A stretch of DNA of 64,000 nt from contig CM059438.1 of assembly GCA_030390025.1 (NCBI GenBank), positions 57,848,001-57,912,000 of the forward strand. Reading direction: 5' to 3'. Shown one piece after another: positions 49,980-61,039 of this stretch. The position numbers were made by a program, and so were the translations under genes. Numbering within the stretch: position 1 is the first letter of the stretch; every line of letters begins with the position of its first letter. The notes beneath the pieces are model-generated. The model made no database searches. It saw only the letters and a list, made by a program, of their open reading frames with translations, and had not been told where the DNA came from. The stretch comes from Squalus acanthias. Taxonomy: Eukaryota.

Positions 49980-50776
49980 TAGACGAGGCAGTATACCCAG
50001 AATGTTCCTTGACGAAGAAGATGAGGGGGTTAAGGATTTGTCTGGGCCCCTTGATAAGTATTATTGTAAGGGTATTGACCCATGTTCTTACTTGGATCAT
50101 TCCAGGCTGCCACAGTGACGTCAGTAAAACTGGCCAATAAGCTATGCACAGATGCAAAAAGCAAATCACAGATGGATTGTTTGCTCAAGCAAGCCAGTTC
50201 ATCTGATCCCACACAGACAACCCACAACATCAAGACTAGTCAATACAGAGTGGCAGGATTTCCCCAATGTCCAAGAAGCAATAGATTGTGCCCATGTGTC
50301 CATATATGCTCCACAAGAGGATTTGTACGAGAAATTTTGATCCATACATTTTCTTCTCCCTTTCTAGTCCTTTTCACTTTGGGAATCCCACAGCACACTT
50401 GAAGGAAGATGAGGAGGAATACGACAAAGAAACAATGATGGTGTTTGAGGGGCAGGACATTGGAAGAGGACTGCTCCAACCCACCCTCATGTTCTGAACT
50501 GCACGTATAGGCCAAAGAGAACATTTCTCACTTAACTGAAGAGCAATTAATGTTGAGGACAACCGACAAAGCATGACTAGTCAATACAGAGTGGCAGGAT
50601 TCTATATGGTCCAAGGAGACATATATTATGCTCATGTGTCTATATGTGCTCACTTCATTATTCCTGTGATTTATGTCAACAAGAATGTAATCCCTGTTCT
50701 CAACGATTAGCTTGTTTGTGACCAGCAGAACCACATCATGCAAGTAAATTCTTACTTTACTGGGAACTGCCACAAT

Positions 50777-51150
50777 AACAGCAACAACAACTTTCATTTA
50801 TATAGCACCTTTAATGTAGTAAAACGTCCCAAGGTGCGTTATCAAACAAAATTTGACACCGAGCCACATAAGGAGATATTAGGACAGGTGGCCATGAGCT
50901 TGGTCAAAGAGGTAGGTTTTAAGGAGCGTCTTAAGAGAGAAATAGAGAGGCGGAGAGCGTTGTATGGCTGGAGGAGGTTACAGAGATAGGGAGTGGCAAT
51001 GCCATGGAGGGATTTGTAAACAAGGATGACAATTTTAAAATCAAAGTGTTGCTGGACAGGGAGCCAATGTAGGTCAGCGAGCACAGGGGTGATGGGTGAA
51101 CGGGACTTGGTACAAGTTAGGATATGGGCATCAGAGTTTTGGATGATTTT
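50777..51150 (-). mobile_element. L2 3' fragment
   Basis: PITPVLADLHWLPV motif and L2 tail. Confidence 0.85.
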
Positions 51151-53227
51151 ATACATTTATTTTAATGTAGTTCACCATGCCAGTACTCCATCACTCAGAA
51201 AGCTAAGTGTCTTGATGGATACTGGGAAATCAACACTACACTCTACGGGATAATCTTGAACTTGTACAGCTTCCCAGGACACCAACAGAACATTGCTGCA
51301 ACATGGCCCATTCTGTCACCAGAATTATCATAGAGCAGACTATGAGGATTTTGAAGGCACACTACAGGTGCTTGGATTGGTTTGACATTGCTCTGCAATG
51401 TGGTCCAGCTAGGTTCTTACAGATAGTTGTGGTATGCTGTATTCTGCACAACTTTCCTTTACAAAGAAGCCACATTATGGAGGGCTTAGATGAGAAAGAC
51501 TTCCAAGGGCAGCATGGGGATCAGTCAGAGGAGCAGCAGCAGCCTTGAAAAGATACCAGCAGCAAGGCGCATTCAGATCAGTCTGATACAGACCTTCTCT
51601 TGACCACCACATGTGGGAAATGACTCAACAGTCCTGCTTACATCCTCTCCTTTCCCACCACAAGGATGTTATTATCTTCACACATCTCTCTTGTGTTTTA
51701 ACTCACTTGGCTCCAGTTCATACCACCTCATCAAAGTGCATCTTTATTTTATTTACATCCAGTATATGAATATACCCAGTGTTTCTTACCACTTTACTTC
51801 CCTTTGGTGCAAGTGCATGATACCCTTGGGTGCAAGTGTGTGATAAGTGCACCCTTAACCTTAATCTTGTGCTGCTGCCAGGTGCTTCCTGCATGTTAGA
51901 AGTGCATGAAGTAGCTGTTAGTTGTGATCCTCTAGGAGCCACCGTGACCTGAAGTGGACCTTCTCATGGCAGCTATGTATTGAGATGAGCCTGCTGCAAG
52001 CTGCATCTCTTACACTGCTACAAGGAAAGCCTTCCATTGCTTCCTTTCGGTCACATGTGGGGAATGGCAAAACAGCATGCATGTGTTGCTATCCTAAATG
52101 ACAGCAGCATCTTGTCAGCACATTGCTGCCATGCCACACTTTTCAGGCATTGTCTCTGTAAAGGTCCCTGAACTGCTGCAATGCAGACATAATTGTACCA
52201 ATGAAATCACTGAAGCCCAGTCACATGATTATATGTAAACGACTTGTCAAGCCTATTGAAGATGGAATAGGCAGCCCTTTCCATTCTGGCAACCAAGGCC
52301 TTTATGGCAGCAATCTGAGTTTCCATGGAAGAAGCTTAAACTGGGCCTCTCGCATGGGGCACTCTACTGCAGATTGGCCTGGAGCTGCCATCTGGGGTGG
52401 GTTTGAATTGCAGAGAAATGGTCCAACATGGAGCCACAGATGCAGGTTGCGGACTTCTCCAATTGACCTGCCATCTGCTACACTTTCTGGTGATCATCCC
52501 CAGTGGCTGAATATATATGTAATGCTCTGCAAGCATCCTTCTTTTAAAAGCAGGACCAGTAAAATCTGGAATCCCAGCTCTTTACCAAGGGGGAATGGGG
52601 ATAATTTTGACTTTGGATGATAGTGCGAAATGGGCTATTTTCGATTCAGCCACGTTATACATCTTTCATAAAATCGGGAATGATGCATAATGGGCTGCTG
52701 AATCGATATCGCCCGTTTTAAACTTTCACCTCAAGTCAAAATTACCCCATACGTGTCCAAAATATATACAATTTGAGAAAAGCAATAGTCGCAACACTGA
52801 TTCTTGGGGGACATCACTGTTTACATCACTCCAGTATCAAAAACATCCATTAACTACTACCCTTTATTTTCTGCCCTTTAGCCAACTATCCATGCTGCCA
52901 TATTTGTGCCAAATTATGTGGGGAAGGCCTCCAAATGTGATATATAATCAAACACATCAAACTGTGAAGACACATACACTGCACATTGAAATCTACATAA
53001 TGTATTGTAAGGAACATTATTACAGAAATGTAGACATTGGGTTAGATTTTCACTTTGCCGCCCATGTGTAAAACTGGAATTAATGGGTCAACGTCTGTTA
53101 TAGAAAATGCCCAATTTTCATTTCCACAATGCCCACTTTACATCAAGTTGAAAATATGTCCCATTATATGGTGAGATTAGACATTTTAGCTATTCTTTTG
53201 TTAATTCACAAACCCAGTCACACTGAC

Positions 53228-53266
53228 CTAAAGGTTTCCATGCAGCCACTTTCATCAGAGAAAGAT
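53228..53266 (-). CDS. Repeat exon A3 (shortened), SFSDESGCMETF(R)
   Basis: Same acceptor and donor contexts as A2. Its 39 nt equal A2 minus 12-nt and 27-nt in-frame gaps. Confidence 0.68.
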
Positions 53267-54117
53267 CTAAAAGACAAAAGCAAAATAGAACAAAAGGGGA
53301 CAAGGAAAATATTTTGTGATTTGCAAAATACAAGCATATAACCAGTGTAACTGATTTTATAATGAGCATTTATGCATAAATACCTGATACACTTAGATCT
53401 ATTTTACGTTTGGCTCATATATAAATCATGAAGATATATTTACAATAACAGCATAATTTAAAAAATCAACATAACTACATACCTTTGTAACCAACACTCA
53501 AAATGTCATAAAGCAGCATCACTTCCACAATTCTCCAGAGAGGCCACTTTATTTAGCCTCGGGCTGTGGGCGATATTGGCAATGCCAAATTTATTGTCCA
53601 ACCCTAGTTGCCCCTGAATAATTGTTTGTACAACTGGGTGGCTTGCTAGGGCACTTCAGAGGACATTATGGTCAACCATGTCATGTGGACAAGAGTCACG
53701 TATAAGCCAGACCAGGTAGAGGTGGCAGATTCCCTTCCCTGAAGGAGATTAGTGAACCAGTTGGATTTTTACAACAATCCAGCAACTTTCATAGTCATTT
53801 TCTGTGCTAGCCCACAAATTGCCAGATTTATTAACTTCAGTTACACAACTTGCCATGGTGGAATGTGAATGTTGCATATCAGATTTCCATCACATTCTGA
53901 TGGGAAAGGCCCACAAATATGGTATATGACCAAATTAATATGTCACACCCTTATTATTCATACAATACTCAGAACTGTATATATTTTATGCTGTAATAAA
54001 ACACAGCTTACATCATAAATATCTGCAAAACACGCTAGCTTGATTTACATTTACATATATAATGATGTGAATTAATGTCATTTCAAACAAACTAACTTTT
54101 TTGTCACTAACACTGAC

Positions 54118-54195
54118 CTATAAGTGTGATTGCAGCCAGTTACACCATCAGTGTCTGGAAACATCCCTTCATCAGTACACTCAGGACTGGAAGAT
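54118..54195 (-). CDS. Repeat exon B3, SSSPECTDEGMFPDTDGVTGCNHTY(R)
   Basis: CCTGCTTTGCAATGTAG acceptor and AG|GTCAGT donor; 78 nt; only phase 2 is open. Confidence 0.68.
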
Positions 54196-54297
54196 CTACA
54201 TTGCAAAGCAGGGTGAAGCAAAGATAGAAGAAAAAAATTATTTTGTGTATCATAAGAATGTGAGTAGTTCATTCTACAATGATTGTTTATACACATT

Positions 54298-54904
54298 GGG
54301 CTGGATTTTCAATGACCCGTGGAGTCGGGTTTGGAGGTGTGTGGGGGGTTAAAGTTGCAGATTCGGGGGTCCCGACCCCATCCCGCCTCCACGCAATTTT
54401 GATAAAATCGTGTGTGGTGTTCCCGACTCTGTCCCGCCTCCAAGAGGCGGGAGAGGCCATTAAAGCCCTTAACAAGCCCTAAATTGGCTCTGTAATGCCA
54501 TTTTGAAACGTTTTAACTAGTTTAACCTTTTTCCCACGTAAAGCACGCCTGATCTGAAACACACCAGTGAAACCTGGCGGGAGCACAAGTGGATAGCTGA
54601 CTATCAGCTGCAGGTTCTCTCTCTCTCTCTCTCTCTGATGCTGCTGCTCATTTTGCATCCAGGTCCACTCACAGCAAAAGCCAGGCAGTCTCTGACCTGA
54701 CCTGCAATGCAGCAGCAATGATGACATCATCAGAGGCGACTTTCAGACTGAAACCACTAATTGGTTCATGGGTTCCCACATGCTGGAACTCAATTGCCCA
54801 ATTAAGTGAAAATTGCATCAATCTCCCACATCCAATTTCAGGCGGGTGGATAACACGAAATGCGGATGACATGACCCCAACCCGACCAAGACAAAATCCA
54901 GCCC
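54298..54904. mobile_element. Harbinger-type MITE
   Basis: GGGCTGGATTTT ... AAAATCCAGCCC with TSD ATT. Confidence 0.88.
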
Positions 54905-55459
54905 ATTGAATTTATTCATTGATTGAGACCTTATATAAATCACGTCAGACAGCCACACTCCTTTAGACATAAGAGGTAATTCTTTAAACCATGTAGCTCT
55001 CTCCATTCGAGCGCTACTCACCACTGAGAATGTGGGATTGCAGAATCGCCCTGTAGAGTAACTGAACATTTCAGAAATGTGAAGCGTTGTATTTACACAC
55101 CAGAGTCCTCTGTTCATGATACATGAGACAGTGTGATTAAATGAATAATGAGTGTCATTTTTTAGAACGTATATCTGTGATGTAGCTCTACTCTTGCGAA
55201 GGAATAAATTTTAATGTACACATCAGTTTTTAAATAGTTTTTATCATATTCTTATAAATAGTTGTTGCTACATTTATTATGTAACTGTTCCTGTGTATTC
55301 AGCTGCACAAAATGTAAAAAAATAATTAAGAAACTCACTGTACCTGTCCTGAACAACACGGGCCCAAATATCTGACTGCAGCAAATGGACGACTGGGAAG
55401 GTGGGGGTGGGGAGCTAAGGGGGCAGGGCTAAGAAGGCGGGGATGTGGGGAGGAGTAGC

Positions 55460-57399
55460 CATAAATTATCGGGAGGAGATGCAGAGACCTGGCACAGCAG
55501 TGGGATATAAATCTGTTGCTTCTTAAAGAGACAATGGCAGCAACGGAGGAGGCAGACAACCTGGGTGACAAGTATGGCAGATTGATCAAAGAAATGAGCA
55601 GCCAACTTCACAGAGCTAGACCTGCATATGCTCGTAGCAGAGATACAGAGAAGGAGGGCCAATTTGTTTGGGGCTGGGGACCGGAAACCTGTCAAAAATG
55701 TGGTGTATACTTTATGGATTGAGATGGCTATGGCAGTGAGTGCCAACTTCTTAAACTACAGGATTCCTTTGCAGTGCAATAAGTTGTATAATGGTATCAC
55801 CAGAGCAAGGTAAGCTGCCCGCTAACAATGTTCCCTCTAAGCTGCGCGCATGCACGGCCGCTTAGCAATCGGGAAGGTACTGCGCAGGCCGCTCACAAGC
55901 TGTTCCCTCTAAGATCCCTCTGCATCAGCTGTGGCTCAGTTGGTAGCACTCTCCCCTCGGAGTCAGAAGGTTGTGGGTTCAAGTCCCACTCCAGAAACTT
56001 GAGTACAAAAATCCAGGCTGAGATGCCAGCACGGTGCTGAGGGAGTGCTGCACTGGTGGAGGTGCCGTCTTTTGGATGAGACGTTAAACCTGCCCTCTCA
56101 GGTGGACATAAGAGATCCCATGGCACGTCTTCAAAGAAAAGCAGGGGAGTTATCTGTGGTGTCCTGGCCAATATTTATCCCTCAATCAGTATCACTAAAA
56201 AACAGGTTACCTGGTCATTTTCACATTGCTGTTTGTGGGACCTTGCTGGGTGCAAATTGGCTGCCACGTTTCCTACATTACAACAGTGACTACACTTCAA
56301 AAGTACTCCATTGGCTGTAAAGCGCTTTGGGACATCCTGAGGTTGCGAAAGCTGCTATATAAATGCAAGGCCTTTTTTAAGATACCGCACATGCGCAGCC
56401 GCGGACACGCAGCAAATATAAAAGGTACTGTGCACACAAAAAAATGTAGACGGAATATTGCCTGCTACCCAGATTTCCTCCTTGTGGTCTCTTTATATTT
56501 ATGGTATTCCTTCATTCGTTACCCTCATGATTACAGGAGTATGAGGTAAAAGTGGGATCTAACAGTAGAGAGTAGAGGCGCCGTAGAAATCAGCCTCTTG
56601 CTTCCTAGCCTGTGGAACCCGATGTCTGGGGCTTTCTCTAAAATGGATGCTGGCTGAGTATCACATTCACATGGAGATCCTATGGACCAGCTTACAGGAT
56701 CTGAGATACTGGCATGGGTGACAGCGAAGTTCAGTGTCACCTTGATTCCATTATCCAAGAAGGATTTGACAACGCAGAACTGCCTGAGAATGATGGTCAG
56801 CAGCTTCGAGGGAGTGGTGTGGTCTGTAGACGTTTGTGGAACAGTAGCTCCTACTTGATGTTCTTCTCCTTTTGTGTAGCCTAATCTTGCTTGCCTCTTT
56901 CCTTTCCTCGACCTCTTTCTGTCTCCATCGTAAGGACATATATGGGAATTCCATAGTGACGCACAATAAAGGGCACCATGACAGAAGGGTGGGAAGCAAA
57001 AGATTTTCTTACCTGAAACTGCCGAAAGGCAGCTTGCAGAATTCCTTCAGAAAAGATTTTTCTAATCACTTCAGACAAACCTCATATTTCAGACAAGCCG
57101 ATGAACTCGACCACATCCTGGTTTGCCAAATCATTCAGGTTAAATTGTTCCTCTTTTCTGCCAACTATGTCAAATGCAATTCTGGTGCAAATGGCAGAAT
57201 TTTAGGGACTGCAGCGTTTGCTCTCATTATCATGTCATTCATGGGGATGGCCACATCTTCCGCCAGCAGCCAATTCAACCAGAATTTATTGTGAATTCTA
57301 GAATAGGTGTAATTCTGACATATCTGACTTATACCACAGATTCCGATCCCCTATGCCAGAACACCATTTTTGCACTAAAAAAATTGGAATTTCCAGCCC
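55460..57399. mobile_element. Ancient internally deleted Harbinger (Myb relic on +, transposase 5' relic on -)
   Basis: QCNKLYNGITRAR|GTAAG Myb exon end, paralogous to 25440-26030. Terminus GGAATTTCCAGCCC. Confidence 0.6.
55826..56460. mobile_element. hAT-like MITE containing a Deu-SINE (55922-56370)
   Basis: TIRs CAATGTTCCCTCTA / TAGACGGAATATTG. The 8-bp flanks CCCGCTAA and CCTGCTAC match at 6/8. Confidence 0.65.
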
Positions 57400-58190
57400 A
57401 AGCCTGATCAATGTCCTTTAGGAACATATGAATAATAGCAGGCCATTCTGCCCCTCGAGCCTGTTTGACCACAATGAGATCCTGGCTATTCTGTACCTCA
57501 ACTCCATTTATTCACCTTTGTCCATAACCTTAGTTACCCTTACCCAACAAAAATCTATAGGAACATAGGAAATATTGAAATATGGTCAGTTCTGTACTGT
57601 GGATTCACATTCCTTAGGAGCCGTGTTGAATTTTCCCAAACTCATTAAGAATAGACTCTACAATAACTTTTGGCAACCAGAGGCTTCCATTTTCAGTCTC
57701 ACAAATACAAATACAAAGTTTTATTAATCCTTTATCACTGGGCTTACAATAATGGGGTTTAAGCCATACAAGAAAGTGCCTGTGATAAAGTTCAACTCTA
57801 CGTTGAAGCTCACACAATGCCTGGGTATCTTTTCACCTTTGGTGTGTAAAAATGCACTGGGAAAAATAATCAGCTGCAGTTTCAGCCAGACCTCTTCTAA
57901 AACCCAACCGCTGGTTGATATTTACAACTGGTCTTTCAATAAAACACAGAGCTCACATGGAGCCCACTTTTGTTGCTTTACAAAAAGGCTAGAGCAATCG
58001 TGAATTTAATGGATTGTAAATGGAGATGTAAAAATCTAGGGCTATCCTAAGCAGCATTAATATGGTTGACTGCACTTGATCAAGAAGATCGTGGCTACTC
58101 ATGTGTAACATGGAACAAGGGTAGGATGATTAGCACAACAGGAAGAATGGTTCAGCTACCTGGCAGAATAGATGCACAGGGAACATTTAC

Positions 58191-58250
58191 CTGCTCTTTC
58201 TTTAAAGTGTCTGCACAGTGAAGTCATATATTGGCTCAAAAGAGTACTTG
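58191..58250 (-). CDS. Candidate 60-nt exon (STLLSQYMTSLCRHFKERA, phase 1-1)
   Basis: TTTTTTACCTGTATTTTTAG acceptor and CAG|GTAAAT donor in unique DNA. Its phase does not join directly to the repeat exons. Confidence 0.35.
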
Positions 58251-58770
58251 CTAAAAATACAGGTAAAAAATCTTATTACTATGTAAAATATAGTTTTCGG
58301 GTGCACAAGCTCTTCATCATATGAACTTGAAGGACGTCAATCTACACTAGGACTGCACACCTGAATATCTACACATATTCACCTCCCTTTAATTGCTCCA
58401 TTATCCCAACCTTATTTCACCTTCACAAACCACTTGCACTACATTGACCAACAGATTTTTCCTAATCTAACCAGTACATCTGCTACAATTTCTCCTTGTT
58501 CCCTCACACAAATTGTATTCTCCTTGGTGTAAGATCCCTTATCCCATATTTCATCGTAATTGACGTTTCACATTGCAGTCAATGTCCTTTTTCGTAATCA
58601 TCTTTCACATATTTTCATCGTGAAATTTATTTCACTTTTCCAGTATTACAAAACATTTTTTTCTTATGAAATTATCTGATGCAAAATACCCTCCAGTTGT
58701 GCCTAAATGTACTCAGTGCTTTCACTTTCATATTCCACCATAACAAGATTGGGCTTGGAACATCTTTGCA

Positions 58771-59590
58771 TTTTTTAATTCGTTCACAGGATGTGGGGGT
58801 CACTGAGAAGACCAGCATTTATTGCCCATCCCTAATTGCCCCTGAGAAGGTGGAGGTGAGCCTCCTTCTTGAACCGCTACAGTCTGTGAGGTGAAGATAC
58901 TTTCACAGTGCTGTTAGGGAGGGAGTTCCAGGATGTTGACCCAGCAATGATGAAGGAACGGTGATATATTTTCAAGTCAGGATGGTGTGTGACTTGGGAG
59001 GGAACTTGGAGGTGGTGGTGTTCCCATGCGCCTGCTGCCCTTGTCCTTCTAGGCGGTAGAGGTCGCAGGTTTGGGAGGTGCTGCTGAAGAAGCCTTGGCG
59101 GGTTGCTGCGGTACATCTTGTAGATGGTACACACTGCAGTCATGGTACGCCGGTAGTGGAGCCAGTGAATGTTTAAGGTGGTGGATGGGGTGTCAATCAA
59201 GTGGGCTGCTTTGACCTGGATGGTGTCGAGTTTCTTGAGTGTTGTTGGAGCTGCACTCATCCAGGCAAGTATTCCATCACACTACTGACTTTGGCCTTGT
59301 AGATGGTGGAAAGGCTTTGGGGAATCAGGAGGTGAGACACTCACCCCAGAGTACCCAGCCTCTGACCTGCTCTTCTAGCCACAATATTTATGTGGCTAGT
59401 CCAATTATGTTTCTGATCAATGGTGACCCCCCCATGATGTTGATGGTGGGGGATTCAGCAATGGTAATGCCGTTGAATGTCAAGGGGCGGTGGTTAGACT
59501 CTCTCTTGTTGGAGATGGTCATTGCCTGGCACTTACGTTACTTCCCACTTACCAGCCTAAGCCTGAATGTCGTCCAAGTTTTACTGCATC
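58771..59590 (-). mobile_element. Non-LTR retrotransposon 3' fragment (same family as 2789-3433)
   Basis: MSAAPTTLKKLDTIQ..AAHLI motif and family tail. Confidence 0.85.
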
Positions 59591-60288
59591 CAGGAATGTA
59601 TACTTTTTGTCGTTGGTTGAATCACCAAACATCTATGTCAATGATCTGATAACCTGATTATCTGATCTGAGTAAATCTGACTGAAAGTGGGCAGAGTCAT
59701 GCCCACCCAACATCATAAGCACTGACCCCGCCAAAATTTCTGGGATCAACCTTATTCCAATATCTTGGTTGAGCTTTAGGCATCAAAAAAGCCTCTGATT
59801 GGGCGCTCTCTATTTGAAATTGTGTTGTGCTGCAGAATTTAAAGGCCTGAAGCAGCTCAAAGAGCAGACACAGGTAAAACATAACCATGCAAATTTCTTT
59901 CACTAAAGCAAAAGGACAGTCAGAGAAGAGGTGAAAGCATTAAAAGATGCAAATAAGCTTGATACCTAGATCGACACAAGAGAGTAAATATTCTGAATGA
60001 TTACTTCCTCAAAGTATTTACAGGGGAAGACATGAACAACACGACCACACCCCACTCCCAAAAAGAGTACCAAGGCTTCCATATAAATGAGGTATAACAA
60101 GCTAATGTGGTTCCGATTTTCAAAAAAGATGACGAAACAATCACAGGCAAGTATAGACCTATTAATCCTACATTAATTCTGTGTAAAATAATGATCAGGA
60201 CTAAACAACAATAAAAGTGCCTTTACACAGGAAACATCCTGTCTGACCAAGCTCCCTGATTTCTTTAAGGAAAACTAACTTTTTTAAC

Positions 60289-61037
60289 TCTCACAGTGCT
60301 GTTAGGGAGGGAGTTCCAGGATTTTGACCCAGCGACGATGTCAGGATGATGTGTGACTTGGAGGGGAACTTGGAGGTGGTGGTGTTCCCATGCGCCTGCT
60401 GCCCTTGTCCTAGGTGGTAGAGGTCGCAGGTTTGGGAGGTGCTGCCGAAGAAGCCTTGGCGAGTTGCTGTAGTGCATCTTGCAGATGGTACACACTGCAG
60501 CCACGGTGCACCGGTGGTGTAGGGAGTGAATGTTTAAGGTGGTGGATGGGGTGCCAATCAAGTGGGCTGCTTTGTCCTGGATGGTGTCGAGCTTCTTGAG
60601 TGTTTTTGGAGCTGCACTCATCCAGGCAAGTGGAGAGTATTCCATCACACTCCTGACTTGTGCCTTGTAGACTTTGGGGAGTCAGGAGGTGAGTCACTCG
60701 CCGCAGAATTCCCGACCTCTGACCTGCTCTTGTAGCCACAGTATTTATGTAGCTGGTCCAGTTAAGTTTCTGGTCAATGGTGACACCCCCAGTTGATGGT
60801 GGGGGATTCGGCATTTGAAGTGCTATTGAATGTCAAGGGGCGGTGGTTAGACTCTCTCTTGTTGGAGATAGTCATTGCCTGGCACATGTGTGCAACGATT
60901 GTTACTTGCCACTTATCAGCCCAAGCCTGAATGTCATCCAGGTCTTGCTGCATGCGAGCACGGACTGCTTCATATCTGAGGAGTTGCGAATGGAACTGAA
61001 CACTGTGCAATCATCAGCAAACATCCCCACTTCTGAT
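60289..61037 (-). mobile_element. Non-LTR retrotransposon RT fragment (same family)
   Basis: MQQDLDDIQAWADKWQV and MEYSPLAWMSAAP. Confidence 0.85.
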
Positions 61038-61039
61038 AT

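Noticed and set aside
57614..58003. Short ORFs in unique-looking DNA
   Set aside because: No recognisable domain or convincing splice boundaries.
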